Positions 31,910 through 43,956 of a DNA stretch of 64,000 nucleotides are shown piece by piece. Below the pieces are notes generated by a model. It saw only the letters and a list, made by a program, of their open reading frames with translations. It was not told the origin of the DNA and made no database searches. Positions within the stretch are counted from its first letter, which is position 1. Every line of letters starts with the position of its first letter. Source of the stretch: TPA_inf: Saccharomyces. Taxonomy: Eukaryota. Location of the stretch: NCBI GenBank assembly GCA_000146045.2, contig BK006941.2, positions 448,001 through 512,000 on the forward strand, in the 5' to 3' direction. Made by a program: the position numbers and the translations under genes.

Positions 31910-34666
31910 TTAGGTTTCCTTTTCGTGTTGAGTAGAGACTCTTTGCATAGCAGCCATGAAGTCTTCGACACTTCTGGTAGACTTCTTTTCCTTCATTGGC
32001 TTACCGTTCATCAATCTGTCAAAGGCTTCAGAAGTGGACATTTCGTAGTAGAAACCACCCAAAACACAGAAGATACCGATAGACCAGATCCAGACACGGA
32101 CGACAGTAACAATATCAGTCCAGTTTTCAGACCACCAACCGAATAAGGTAAACATGGTAGCGATGATGTCGACAGCGAAGACGGCACCAGCCAATTGCCA
32201 GGATGGGATAGAAGACCAGAATGGACCAGCAGCTCTGGTAATGAAAATCAACCAGTTTTCAGTCAAGGAAATTTGCAAGAACATAATACCGTTCATAGCA
32301 CCGAAGTTTTGGATAATACCACCCTTTGGTAAGAACATAGTAGTCAAGGTAATCCAAGAACCTATAGCTAAAACTATGCCCAAAATAATAGACATACCCC
32401 ATAATCTTGGTAGGTTCCATTTAACGGGCTTTGGAGAGTAAGGAGCATTATCGTAAGCAATAGCCAAAGTAGCAACATCAGCGAAAATAGCGATGAAAAC
32501 AATCAAATCAATGTCCAAAGAGTTATCCAAAATAGCAATCCATAGACCCAAGAAGATTTCCAAATGTAGAGACAAAGCAATACGGTAAACAACGTAAGAG
32601 TACATTCTGTGAAAAATTTGTCTGGAGGTCTTCAAAGCATCAATAATAGCAGATAGACCAGGAGCCAAGAAAACAATATCAGCAGCAGATCTGGCAGCAT
32701 CAGTAGCACCTTCGACAGCAATACCAGTATCAGCCTTCTTCAAAGATGGAGCATCGTTAACACCATCACCAGTCATAGCAACCAAGTAACCTCTGTTTTG
32801 CAAGATTTCAACAACTCTGTATTTATGTTGTGGGAAAACTTCAGCGAAACCATCGGCATTTTCAACAAAATCAGCTAATTCAGAACCTGGCATGTCACCA
32901 CCGCCACCTAGACCTAATCTTTCAGCGTTGTAAATGTTGGTACCCAAACCCAATTGTCTACAAGTTTCCTTAGCAATACCAACAGCATCACCAGTTAACA
33001 TCTTAACTCTTAGACCCAAGTGTCTAGCTTCGCTAACAGTTTGAGCAGTATCGTCTCTTGGTGGATCCATACATGGCATAACACCCAAGATTTCCCAGTG
33101 ACCTTCACCTCTCTTTCTAGCAACACCTAAAGCACGGAACCCTCTAGAAGCCAATTCAGCAACCTTGTTTTCGTAGTTTTCATGGACATCTTCTGGGATT
33201 GGGTGATCTTCTTCGACAGTCTTCAAGACGAATAATGGAGCACCCTTAACACAAACAATTCTTTCACCTTCTGGAGATTCGACAACGGCAGTAACCTTCT
33301 TGGAGACAGGGTCAAATGGATGGAATTCCAAAACCTTGTACTTGGTCAAAGCGTCCTTAGCCTTTGGATATTGCTTCAAAGACTTCAAGAAAGCCTTATC
33401 AATAGCATCCAAACCCTTCTTCTTTCTGGAAGCAGCCAAACAAGCAGTCAACATCAAGTCGTCTGGAGAAACACCTTCAACAGTGTATGGTTCGTGCAAG
33501 GACAACTTGTTCTTGGTCAAAGTACCGGTTTTGTCGGAACACAAGATTTCGACACCAGCCAAGGATTCAATAGCAGACAACTTTTGAACAATGGCTTGTT
33601 TCTTAGCCAAGTAAGCAGCACCGACGGCCATAGTGGTGGTAACGACAGCTGGCAAACCGACTGGGACACCAATAATAGTAATACCTAGAGTGTATCTCAA
33701 GATTCTAACAATACCGTTGGTTCTGTAGAAACAAGCAGTCCAGACCAACAACAAAGTGGCAATGACCAAAACCAATAAGATAATACCAATACCGTTCAAA
33801 ACTTCAGTGAAATGACCTTGACCACCAGCGGCTTTGTTAACCAAAGCAGCAGCTCTACCAACGAAAGTGTTGTCACCGGTAGCGGTAACAACCATGAAAC
33901 CTTCACCTCTCTTAACAGTGGAAGAAGAGAAAGTTTGGTCACCGTAATGTTTGTCGACAGCCAAAGATTCACCAGTAATAGCAGATTGATCGATTTGCAA
34001 GAAACAGTCTTCAGTGACAATACGACCATCAGTTGGGATAACAGTACCATCTTCCAATTGCAAAATATCACCTGGGACGACTTCGTTGGCTGGAATTTCA
34101 ACCAATTGACCGTCTCTGATAACAACAGCAGTGTTAGCCAAAGTCTTTTTCAATTCATCGACAATAGAACCAGCTTGGAATTCTTGAACGAAACCAACAC
34201 CAGCGTTTAACATTAACAAACCACAGATAACACCGAAATCGACCCAATCGGACAAACCGGCAGCCAAAATAGCAGCGGCTTCCATAACGAATTGAATTGG
34301 ACCGACGAAAAACATAACGAACTTAACGACTAAAGATTCTTTTTCGTCAGCCATTTGATTCAAACCGTACTTCTTTCTTCTTTTCAAAACTTCATCGGAA
34401 GTTAAACCGTAAGATGGGTCAGTTTGTAAATATTCTTCTGGAACTGGTCTAGCTTCACCGGCGGCAACTGGACCATCGTTATCACTGTCTTCGTCGTCGA
34501 CACCGTGATTAGATTGTAGTTCTTCGATTAAAGCATCGATATCGTCATCGTCAGAAGATTCAGATGCAGCGTCATCGTAAGTCTTAGCAGGCTTTTCTTG
34601 AGTTGGCTGATGAGCTGAAACAGAAGATGCTGAAGAGGATGATGAAGAGGATGATGTATCAGTCAT
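31910..34666 (-). CDS. PMA1: Plasma-membrane H+-ATPase (918 aa).
   Basis: P-type ATPase motifs [18 protein letters not shown] and MTGD, with a Ser-rich N-terminus ([15 protein letters not shown]). Confidence 0.97.
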
Positions 34667-35259
34667 ATTGATATTGTTTGATAATTAAATCTTTCTTATC
34701 TTCTTATTCTTTTCAATGATTTTCTTTAACTAGCTGGGGTATATTTTTTTTCTTTCTTTTGAATGTGTGTATAAAAGAGAGAAAAAATGGTTATTTTCCA
34801 ATTAATTAATTATTAACGATTGTTAAAGAAAAAATTTATCAACGAGGTTGATAGAAAAAAAAAGTTTTTGTAGATATAGAAGAAAAAAAGATTTTCACTA
34901 TTGGTGTTATAGGAAAGAAAGAGAAAAAATTTAAGAGAAATTAGATGTTAGACGATAATGATAGGACATTTGAAAATAATACAATATTTGGCCTTTTTAT
35001 ATAATCGAAACTAATGGAGGGGAGCATAAGCGGTACCCACCATCGACCACGTTTCGTCACCGGTCATAATTGGAATAAACAAAACAAACAAACGAACTAA
35101 AGAGTGTGAGAGTAACAATTTCCACAGAGGTAAAAAAAAAAAAAAGGAAAACAGAAACAAAAAAAGCTCATAGTTCTACTATAGCTTCTTCAGACTTTCT
35201 GTGAACGAGGGAAAAAGACAACAAAAAAGCAATGGATAAACGGTCTCGAGAGATTTTTC

Positions 35260-35637
35260 ATGATGGAAAAGGAAGGAAAAAAACCCGAAAGGCATATGGA
35301 TAACATTCTGAAAATGTCTATTCCTGTCAAAAGCATGTCAGAGGTCTCGAGGCCTGGAAGTGCCGCATTAGGAAATACAGATGCAATGCGCGCGAGTTTA
35401 CGAAATTCTCGCAGGAGTTTCTCCGGCCATGTGCGGCTGGTTCTACGTCTCGTGTATGGGTTTATTTCTGCGGTAATTATCGCCGGATCTCCGCTTCGAG
35501 ACCGGGTTTGTTTTCAAATTACCGGAAAAGGTCAGGCAAAACAGAGTGATGTATGGGTGATCCCAGCAATGCCTGTTTATGTTTCTCCGTTTCAGGAAGC
35601 TTGTTTTGTTTTTTCCCCGTCAGCGATGGTGACGTAA
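35260..35637 (+). CDS. BRP1: Dubious 125-aa ORF lying within the PMA1 upstream regulatory region (the BRP1/YGL007W locus).
   Basis: It exists only as a track ORF, and it overlaps the Rap1-like sites of the PMA1 promoter. It is probably not protein-coding. Confidence 0.3.
35453..35464 (-). promoter_or_regulatory. Rap1-like site (minus strand AACCCATACACG) in the PMA1 upstream region.
   Basis: One mismatch to RMACCCANNCAYY, about 790 bp upstream of the PMA1 ATG and inside the dubious BRP1 ORF. Confidence 0.5.
35548..35561 (-). promoter_or_regulatory. Rap1-like site (minus strand CACCCATACATC) in the PMA1 upstream region.
   Basis: A good match to the Rap1 consensus ACACCCATACAYY, about 890 bp upstream of PMA1. 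PMA1 is a known Rap1/Gcr1-driven gene. Confidence 0.55.
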
Positions 35638-37097
35638 ACGACTTTTTGCACTTTAGCAAAGCTGAGTTAATCTCGGAAAATCTCTGTGTCCTTCCTTTTT
35701 CTTCTAGCTTCCGTTCCGAGTCTCATCTTCTTTCCCGTGCCGTCGGGTTTAGTAAAGAAATGTAAAGAAAAAATGTCGTATCGTACCCGAGAAATATTTC
35801 AATTCTCTTACGTATGCGATAGCAGTTGGAAAGATCTGATTCGTTACGATGACTTGATAAGCGCGGGCTTTTTCGCCCTATACGGCTTGGGCCTGACTAA
35901 AATGTGATTCTGTGTTTTACGTATATGCGCGTATATAGAGCAATTGATTGACTTATTACGCAGTTTATCAAGATAAATTCTTTGTTCTTGCTTACGGGAG
36001 TGTGGTAAGCATGTATACGCCCGTTTAAAAACCCGATGGAGGCTTTTTCCCCAATTCTCGTACTCCATTGGGCATATGATTTCTTTCTTTTTCCCTTTTT
36101 TTTTTTTTCTATTTCCCTAAACTAACAGAACAAGCTTCAAAACAAATGACGGAGAGAAAAACAGTTTTGATTTACCAAATGCGGCAAACTTATTGAGGCT
36201 AGACACAGCTCTACCGGATTCGTCCGAGCACTTTTTTGTTTTCTTTTCTATATTTACTACAAACATAACAAAGTTTTGTGCGTCTTCCCTAAAGCAGCTA
36301 GGATGAAAATCCTATGCTCTCATCTCGCTGGTTGCCATCTCATCGCATCCAATGCTGTCTGTAATCATTTTATTGGACTTTTCTTTGTTTGCTAATCCCC
36401 CTTTTCTTTTTCCCGTTCTTTTCTTGTCCTTGTTTTTCATTTTAACTATATTTCTGAAATTAAGGAAAAATAAGGCAAAAAGTGGGTGGATGCATCTGCG
36501 ACTTCTCTAGTTTTGCGCCTACTTGGGCGCGCTAATAATAAGGGTTTAGCTTCTTAAAATAAAAATGTCAGTAACAGTTGTACGATAAGGTCTTTACTTT
36601 TTTTCTCTCGAGAAATGTCTTTTTCTAATTAATCTCTCTTTTCTGTTGTTGGTTACTGCCTTCCATAGTCCAAGACCATTCGTTATATGGTGCAGTGTAG
36701 GATCGAGGAGAATCGGCTCACGGTGCTTATATTATTGCCCGGCTTCAAGTATATTTACATCAGTCTCCATAGTTGTTTTATCTTATTCTTGGCATTGATC
36801 TGCTTATTAAACTATTTATCGGTTCTCTCTTCTGGTACAGAACTTAACATGATCTTGTTTTCACTATTGTGCCATAAGCTGAAAAGGCTAAAATAAAATT
36901 AAGATAGTAAAGTTCACTCTTAAACTAATCAAGCATGAATAATACAAAATAAATATTTGAGCCAAAGGGGATGATTTAATTATCAAGTTTTTCTTTTCAT
37001 ACTTCGGTTTACAAGCATTGTTTACGGCTCTTCTTTTCTTAGTTCTTGGCAGTTTGTGTTTTCTTGATGAGAATAAGAAAAGTATCGATCTTACGGC

Positions 37098-37108
37098 AAA
37101 ACATAAAT
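37098..37108 (-). promoter_or_regulatory. 11/11 match to the ARS consensus sequence (minus strand ATTTATGTTTT), a candidate replication origin in the PMA1-PMC1 intergenic region.
   Basis: A perfect WTTTAYRTTTW match inside a long AT-rich intergenic region with A-rich flanking sequence. My recollection is that an ARS is mapped near here, around 485 kb on chrVII, but I have not verified that. Confidence 0.35.
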
Positions 37109-37380
37109 AAAACACAACTTTATCTTTTTTTGTCGCAGTAGTGTGGTCCTACAGCTCCAAGCCTGCCGCTTTTAAAATAGTGAGCTGTGCATACTGATAT
37201 ATGTTCTATTTTACCCATTTGAGGGGCCTAAATTGTCTATTAATTTTTTTACTTTAATACAGTTTGTATAGAAACATGTGGCACTAACAGCTTTATCCGC
37301 CCGCAGAAAAGATAAAAAAAAAGGGTTTTTACCCGGCAAAGAAGCTTCTCCATCATTTGTCAGGGGGAAAAGAAAATTAG

Positions 37381-37388
37381 GAGGCTCA
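37381..37388 (+). promoter_or_regulatory. Crz1 calcineurin-dependent response element (GAGGCTCA fits GNGGCKCA) in the PMC1 promoter.
   Basis: About 530 bp upstream of the PMC1 ATG. PMC1 is a classic Crz1 target. Confidence 0.5.
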
Positions 37389-37920
37389 GGCCCTAGAAGC
37401 GCCCTCCACGCTTTTTAAACAAATGCTAATCTTCATAATTCATTATCATCGCCACTTGGCATTGCATTTAATGGGCGCCTTCCAAAAACATTCAAATAGT
37501 ATCAGCCCCCCCCCAAGGAAAGGCTTTATTTGAATTGCGTTAAATATTCGATTTCTTTCTAGCAATTATTACCAAAATAAATTGCAGGCTTAACGAAAAA
37601 TTAAATAATCTCTTCAGATTTTTTCACTTCCCCAAACTACATTTTAGTCAGGTTGGCACGATTCAATTGAGAAGGCTTAGGTTAAGAATAAACATTTTTT
37701 CATAAATTTGAGGAAGAAGGGGCTTTTCTGGTAATTTTCATTCAATAGAAAGGCTTAAGAAAACGTCAAAAAACTCATGCGCCTCCAGTAAAAACTAAGT
37801 GTATTAAGAGAATTGTATCACATATATACGACATTGAATTAAAGAAATAAAACTTGAACAAATAAAGTTTAGAAAAGTGGTTCTAAAAAAAAAAAAACTG
37901 TGTGCGTAACAAAAAAAATA

Positions 37921-40900
37921 ATGTCTAGACAAGACGAAAATTCTGCTTTACTAGCGAATAATGAAAATAACAAACCATCGTATACGGGAAATGAGAACGG
38001 AGTCTACGATAATTTCAAATTATCAAAAAGTCAACTTTCGGATCTTCATAACCCTAAATCAATAAGATCATTTGTCAGATTATTTGGATATGAGTCTAAC
38101 AGCCTCTTCAAATACTTGAAAACAGATAAAAATGCAGGCATTTCTCTTCCAGAAATATCAAATTATCGAAAGACAAACCGGTATAAAAATTATGGCGATA
38201 ATTCACTTCCTGAAAGAATACCAAAGTCTTTTTTACAATTAGTATGGGCTGCTTTTAATGACAAAACAATGCAATTACTGACAGTCGCCGCTGTTGTTTC
38301 CTTTGTTTTAGGTCTATACGAACTATGGATGCAACCTCCACAGTATGATCCTGAAGGAAATAAAATTAAGCAAGTTGACTGGATTGAAGGGGTTGCTATC
38401 ATGATTGCGGTCTTTGTGGTAGTTCTAGTGAGTGCCGCTAACGATTACCAGAAGGAGTTGCAATTTGCAAAGCTAAATAAAAAGAAGGAAAACCGTAAAA
38501 TTATAGTCATAAGAAATGATCAGGAAATATTAATTTCCATTCACCACGTTTTAGTCGGTGATGTCATTTCATTACAAACCGGTGATGTTGTCCCCGCTGA
38601 TTGTGTTATGATATCAGGGAAGTGTGAGGCAGATGAATCATCCATCACTGGTGAATCTAACACAATACAGAAATTTCCGGTGGATAACTCATTAAGAGAT
38701 TTCAAAAAATTTAATTCTATCGATAGTCATAACCATAGCAAACCATTAGATATAGGTGACGTTAACGAAGACGGTAACAAGATTGCTGATTGTATGTTGA
38801 TTTCAGGTTCCAGAATTCTCTCTGGCTTGGGCAGGGGTGTCATCACGTCCGTGGGTATAAACTCAGTTTACGGTCAAACCATGACTTCATTAAATGCCGA
38901 ACCTGAAAGTACTCCATTACAGTTACATTTGAGCCAATTGGCTGATAATATATCCGTTTACGGTTGCGTGTCTGCTATAATTCTTTTCTTGGTCCTTTTC
39001 ACTAGGTACTTATTTTACATAATACCTGAGGATGGCAGGTTCCATGATCTAGATCCCGCTCAAAAGGGTTCTAAATTTATGAACATTTTTATCACATCTA
39101 TCACGGTTATTGTGGTGGCTGTTCCGGAAGGTTTACCATTAGCTGTAACTTTGGCCTTAGCGTTTGCAACAACAAGAATGACAAAAGACGGTAATTTAGT
39201 ACGGGTTTTAAGAAGCTGTGAAACGATGGGATCTGCTACTGCAGTGTGCTCTGATAAGACTGGCACTTTGACAGAAAATGTCATGACTGTCGTTCGTGGC
39301 TTCCCGGGCAATTCTAAATTTGATGATAGTAAATCGTTGCCCGTTAGCGAACAAAGGAAGCTGAATTCTAAGAAAGTTTTTGAAGAAAATTGTTCGTCAT
39401 CCTTGAGAAATGATTTATTAGCCAATATTGTCCTGAATTCTACCGCCTTCGAAAACAGAGATTATAAGAAAAACGATAAAAATACAAATGGTAGTAAAAA
39501 TATGTCAAAAAATTTGAGTTTTTTAGATAAGTGTAAATCTAGATTATCGTTTTTTAAAAAAGGCAACAGGGAAGATGACGAGGATCAATTATTCAAAAAT
39601 GTCAACAAGGGTAGGCAAGAACCCTTTATTGGCTCTAAAACGGAAACAGCCTTACTCAGTTTGGCAAGATTATCATTAGGATTACAACCGGGAGAATTGC
39701 AATATTTGAGAGATCAACCGATGGAAAAGTTTAATATCGAAAAAGTTGTTCAAACAATTCCGTTTGAAAGTTCTCGTAAATGGGCCGGCTTAGTGGTAAA
39801 GTACAAAGAAGGCAAAAATAAAAAACCATTTTACAGGTTTTTCATTAAAGGTGCAGCAGAAATTGTTTCCAAGAATTGTTCGTACAAGAGGAATTCAGAT
39901 GATACTTTGGAAGAAATCAATGAGGACAATAAAAAAGAAACTGATGATGAAATCAAAAATCTTGCGTCCGATGCTCTCAGAGCCATAAGTGTTGCCCACA
40001 AAGATTTCTGCGAATGTGATAGCTGGCCCCCTGAACAGCTGCGTGATAAAGACTCACCAAATATAGCTGCTCTTGACTTGCTATTTAACAGTCAAAAGGG
40101 CTTAATTCTAGATGGTTTACTTGGGATTCAAGACCCTTTACGTGCAGGCGTTAGGGAGTCAGTACAACAGTGCCAACGTGCTGGTGTAACTGTGCGTATG
40201 GTTACTGGTGACAATATATTAACAGCAAAAGCAATCGCGAGGAATTGTGCGATTCTTTCTACTGATATTAGTTCAGAGGCTTATTCTGCAATGGAAGGCA
40301 CTGAATTCAGAAAGTTAACGAAAAACGAACGTATAAGAATCCTGCCAAATTTAAGGGTCTTAGCAAGGTCTTCGCCTGAGGATAAAAGGTTATTAGTAGA
40401 AACATTGAAGGGGATGGGAGATGTTGTTGCGGTCACTGGCGATGGTACGAACGATGCTCCAGCTTTAAAGCTAGCTGATGTTGGTTTCTCAATGGGTATT
40501 TCCGGTACGGAGGTTGCCAGAGAGGCTTCTGACATTATTTTGATGACTGATGATTTCTCAGCTATTGTCAACGCTATTAAGTGGGGAAGATGTGTTTCAG
40601 TCTCCATAAAAAAGTTCATACAGTTTCAATTAATTGTTAATATCACCGCAGTGATTTTAACGTTCGTTTCATCCGTTGCATCTAGTGATGAAACATCAGT
40701 ACTGACGGCGGTCCAACTGTTATGGATCAATCTAATCATGGATACTCTAGCAGCTTTAGCTTTAGCCACTGATAAACCCGATCCAAATATCATGGACAGA
40801 AAACCTAGGGGCCGCTCAACTTCTTTGATTTCTGTGTCAACTTGGAAAATGATTCTATCACAAGCTACATTGCAGTTGATAGTTACTTTCATTTTGCATT

Positions 40901-41442
40901 TTTACGGGCCAGAGTTATTCTTCAAGAAACATGAAGATGAAATAACAAGTCACCAACAGCAGCAACTGAATGCCATGACATTCAACACTTTTGTTTGGTT
41001 GCAATTTTTTACCATGTTAGTATCGAGAAAATTAGATGAAGGTGATGGTATATCAAACTGGAGAGGCAGGATTTCTGCCGCCAATTTGAATTTCTTCCAA
41101 GACTTGGGTAGAAACTATTATTTTCTCACGATCATGGCGATCATTGGCAGCTGTCAAGTTTTAATCATGTTTTTTGGTGGCGCACCATTTTCTATTGCCA
41201 GACAAACCAAATCAATGTGGATAACCGCGGTACTGTGTGGTATGTTGTCTCTAATCATGGGGGTGCTAGTGAGAATCTGCCCCGATGAAGTAGCAGTGAA
41301 GGTATTTCCGGCTGCTTTCGTTCAAAGATTCAAGTACGTATTTGGACTCGAGTTCCTCAGAAAAAACCATACTGGAAAACACGACGATGAAGAAGCGCTG
41401 TTGGAGGAATCTGATAGTCCAGAGTCCACCGCCTTTTATTAA
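37921..41442 (+). CDS. PMC1: Vacuolar Ca2+-ATPase, PMCA-type (1173 aa, starting MSRQDENSALL...).
   Basis: P-type IIB ATPase motifs ([24 protein letters not shown]) and ten predicted transmembrane segments. Confidence 0.95.
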   Translation: MSRQDENSALLANNENNKPSYTGNENGVYDNFKLSKSQLSDLHNPKSIRSFVRLFGYESNSLFKYLKTDKNAGISLPEISNYRKTNRYKNYGDNSLPERIPKSFLQLVWAAFNDKTMQLLTVAAVVSFVLGLYELWMQPPQYDPEGNKIKQVDWIEGVAIMIAVFVVVLVSAANDYQKELQFAKLNKKKENRKIIVIRNDQEILISIHHVLVGDVISLQTGDVVPADCVMISGKCEADESSITGESNTIQKFPVDNSLRDFKKFNSIDSHNHSKPLDIGDVNEDGNKIADCMLISGSRILSGLGRGVITSVGINSVYGQTMTSLNAEPESTPLQLHLSQLADNISVYGCVSAIILFLVLFTRYLFYIIPEDGRFHDLDPAQKGSKFMNIFITSITVIVVAVPEGLPLAVTLALAFATTRMTKDGNLVRVLRSCETMGSATAVCSDKTGTLTENVMTVVRGFPGNSKFDDSKSLPVSEQRKLNSKKVFEENCSSSLRNDLLANIVLNSTAFENRDYKKNDKNTNGSKNMSKNLSFLDKCKSRLSFFKKGNREDDEDQLFKNVNKGRQEPFIGSKTETALLSLARLSLGLQPGELQYLRDQPMEKFNIEKVVQTIPFESSRKWAGLVVKYKEGKNKKPFYRFFIKGAAEIVSKNCSYKRNSDDTLEEINEDNKKETDDEIKNLASDALRAISVAHKDFCECDSWPPEQLRDKDSPNIAALDLLFNSQKGLILDGLLGIQDPLRAGVRESVQQCQRAGVTVRMVTGDNILTAKAIARNCAILSTDISSEAYSAMEGTEFRKLTKNERIRILPNLRVLARSSPEDKRLLVETLKGMGDVVAVTGDGTNDAPALKLADVGFSMGISGTEVAREASDIILMTDDFSAIVNAIKWGRCVSVSIKKFIQFQLIVNITAVILTFVSSVASSDETSVLTAVQLLWINLIMDTLAALALATDKPDPNIMDRKPRGRSTSLISVSTWKMILSQATLQLIVTFILHFYGPELFFKKHEDEITSHQQQQLNAMTFNTFVWLQFFTMLVSRKLDEGDGISNWRGRISAANLNFFQDLGRNYYFLTIMAIIGSCQVLIMFFGGAPFSIARQTKSMWITAVLCGMLSLIMGVLVRICPDEVAVKVFPAAFVQRFKYVFGLEFLRKNHTGKHDDEEALLEESDSPESTAFY

Positions 41443-41707
41443 TAGACGCGCTCTATATGTTTATACAAATGTAAGTGACCAAATGAAAAGATGTGTGTAA
41501 TAGTTATATTTTCAAAATTGTACACTATATTATATAATCAATAAAAAGAAACTATCTGAAATAGCATGTCCTCCTAAACAAATTCCTTTTTACCCTTTTA
41601 TGCATTACAAGTGGACCAAAAGGACTGGAAATGGTAAAAAGAAATAAGAATTTAAACATGCTATAAATTTCTTTTGTTAATTGCAAATTTTTTGTTTTTA
41701 TCACCGA

Positions 41708-42547
41708 TTATGATATCATACCATCGTCAATATTCTTGGTTGATAAATAACTTTGTGCTTTTGATTTTATGCTCTCCGAAAAGTTGCTATACTCAGCAAA
41801 GAACTTATCTAGGCCTTTAAACAGACATTTCAGTTCAGAAAGTGAATCAATTCTCCCAATCAAATCCTTGTTTGTTTCATCTTTAGCCTCGTTATCAATC
41901 GCAGAGCTTAAAGATTCATCGATTGTATCCTCTAATGCTTTCAATGATGTTCTAAAATCTGTTATCGAAAGATCTGTCCCCGTGCTGGTTGTATTATTTT
42001 CTCTAACTGTCGAAATATTCGTAACGGTCCTAACTTGTTCCAGGTAATATACCACTTTTTCAATTCTCTCCTTAATCAACATTAAACTTTGCAGTTGTTG
42101 CCTCACATTGGTATTGCGATTATTTTCGTTATCTAGATCGCTTAGTTTCTCAGTTACATTATGCATTCCTGTTTCTAATGCTCTTACAGCACTTGCCAAC
42201 GTATCTAAGTAATATTCAAGCTTCGATGATTTTAAGGATTCAGTAGAATACAATGAGGAATCGTTCTGTTCTGCTTCTTTGTGATACCTAGAAGATGCCC
42301 AAGTTCTTGGTAACGTTTGAGATAATTTATCCAAATTCCATATGGTGCTTTCCAACTCTTTTGTAAGGTTCTTTGTGTAAAAATCCAACCTGGTTAATAG
42401 CAATGAGGATACTGATTGCGTTTGAATCTGATCTTCGTTTAAGGCATTTGATAAGAGTATATCAACGAATGCATGGGGAACGAACTCCTCATCAAAAAAC
42501 ATACTCAATATATCATCATCATCACCCGTAATTGTCAACTCTACCAT
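41708..42547 (-). CDS. COG7: Conserved oligomeric Golgi complex subunit 7 (279 aa).
   Basis: Size and position, with a helical-bundle-like composition. I assigned it by recalling the ORF sequence and its neighbours. Confidence 0.75.
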   Translation of the reverse strand: MVELTITGDDDDILSMFFDEEFVPHAFVDILLSNALNEDQIQTQSVSSLLLTRLDFYTKNLTKELESTIWNLDKLSQTLPRTWASSRYHKEAEQNDSSLYSTESLKSSKLEYYLDTLASAVRALETGMHNVTEKLSDLDNENNRNTNVRQQLQSLMLIKERIEKVVYYLEQVRTVTNISTVRENNTTSTGTDLSITDFRTSLKALEDTIDESLSSAIDNEAKDETNKDLIGRIDSLSELKCLFKGLDKFFAEYSNFSESIKSKAQSYLSTKNIDDGMIS

Positions 42548-42702
42548 ATTCTGCTTAGTTTGGCCTTCTTGTTCTTAGTGAATTGTTCTATTTTAGACAT
42601 ATTTCATATGGAAATAAAATGCATTATCACCCTCAAAGCGCATTACGCCAAGCTCATGCAGCGAAGTGAACTTTTTTGAAAAAGTTACTAGTACGAAAGA
42701 GG

Positions 42703-43956
42703 TTAAGGATTACTTAAGTTATACAAAGCGCAGAAGTTGTTTTTTCCAACTTCAAGCACCTCCCCATTTGATTCATCATCAGAAACGTAACAGAATTGGC
42801 TGACCTCATCGTCATTGGAAACTAAAAAGGTGGGCGTCTCAAATTCAATAGCGGGCCGTTCACTTTCTGGGTCTGAAATAATGTCAAGCTTAATACTGGT
42901 GTCGAATCCAGAAGATACAAATAAGGCTCCGGCTGCAAAGTAGACATTGTTTATTGGGGTGCCTTCATTAATTAAAAACTCACCAACTGGGCATTCCGGT
43001 GATCTTAGATCCCATTGAGCTAGCATTCCATTTTCATATCCGGCATAAATATAGTTTGCATTATTGCCATCGACTGTCAATGAATTACATGAACATGTGA
43101 ACTTGCTTGGGAGTTGAATAGTTTGCTCTTTGGAAAATACATTATGTACAGTAATAACACCAGAAACGTGACCAGCAATCACATATTTTCCATATGTTCC
43201 AAACTCTAGATTATTTTTCTTGGAAGTAGAAATTTCATGTAATTGTCTGTCTGTCCCTACGAACAGCGCTATGCTGTTAACACCATCATGCGGGTTTTCT
43301 TTTCTGTTAAACGTGTGAATTGTCGTTCCTGTGCCGCACTCCCAAAGGCGAATTGTACCATCCAAAGAGGCAGAGAGCACATTCCTTCCTCGGTCTATTA
43401 TGGCAATATCTGTGACTGTCGCCCTGTGTCCAATTAACGTGCGAGGATTTGAGCCGTCTTTTACTGACCAGATCTTTAATTGCATATCCTGTGAACTAGA
43501 TATCAAAGCTTCACCGCTTGGAAAAAACTTTAGTTTTGTTATTTCACTAACGTGAGCTTGGTCAATTTCTCTTTGAAGGTTGAAATTTGAATCCAATACT
43601 TTAATATCGCCTTCTGTAGTGCCTAATATGAACCGTCTCATCTGAAGTTTAGCTGTGTCTACGGCAGTATAATCCGCCCTCTTGAGCATCTTTGAACCAT
43701 CTCTTATGATAGTATTGAATAAAAAATCATGTCCATCCAACCGCGCCTTGTATAAGTGGGAGCCAACCTTTTCAAATGTATTTCCTTTGCCTGCATCTAC
43801 ACCCCTGCTATTTCCTAACACTACTATCTTATGCTCCTTGATTTCATTTAGGTTTTTGTCAACATTGATGTAAAATTCATCGTCATTTTCATCATTTTCT
43901 TCCAGAACAGCTTTAAAATCATACTGGATATGAGCAACTGTGATGGTCTTAGTCAT
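42703..43956 (-). CDS. RPN14: WD40 proteasome regulatory-particle assembly chaperone (417 aa).
   Basis: WD-repeat signatures (GH...WD, e.g. LIGHRATVTDIAI, IRLWE). Its position fits. Confidence 0.8.
   Translation of the reverse strand: MTKTITVAHIQYDFKAVLEENDENDDEFYINVDKNLNEIKEHKIVVLGNSRGVDAGKGNTFEKVGSHLYKARLDGHDFLFNTIIRDGSKMLKRADYTAVDTAKLQMRRFILGTTEGDIKVLDSNFNLQREIDQAHVSEITKLKFFPSGEALISSSQDMQLKIWSVKDGSNPRTLIGHRATVTDIAIIDRGRNVLSASLDGTIRLWECGTGTTIHTFNRKENPHDGVNSIALFVGTDRQLHEISTSKKNNLEFGTYGKYVIAGHVSGVITVHNVFSKEQTIQLPSKFTCSCNSLTVDGNNANYIYAGYENGMLAQWDLRSPECPVGEFLINEGTPINNVYFAAGALFVSSGFDTSIKLDIISDPESERPAIEFETPTFLVSNDDEVSQFCYVSDDESNGEVLEVGKNNFCALYNLSNP

Noticed and set aside
33300-34210. Several 95-132 aa ORFs on the + strand opposite PMA1.
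   Set aside because: PMA1 has very strong codon bias and no stop codons in the mirror frame. These ORFs lie inside one of the most highly expressed genes and have no independent support.
36687-36896. 69-aa ORF in the PMA1-PMC1 intergenic region, a possible small-protein gene.
   Set aside because: It is hydrophobic, low-complexity and Leu/Ile/Phe-rich, as is typical for AT-rich DNA. It could correspond to a catalogued tiny ORF (the YGL006W-A area), but I cannot support coding from sequence alone.
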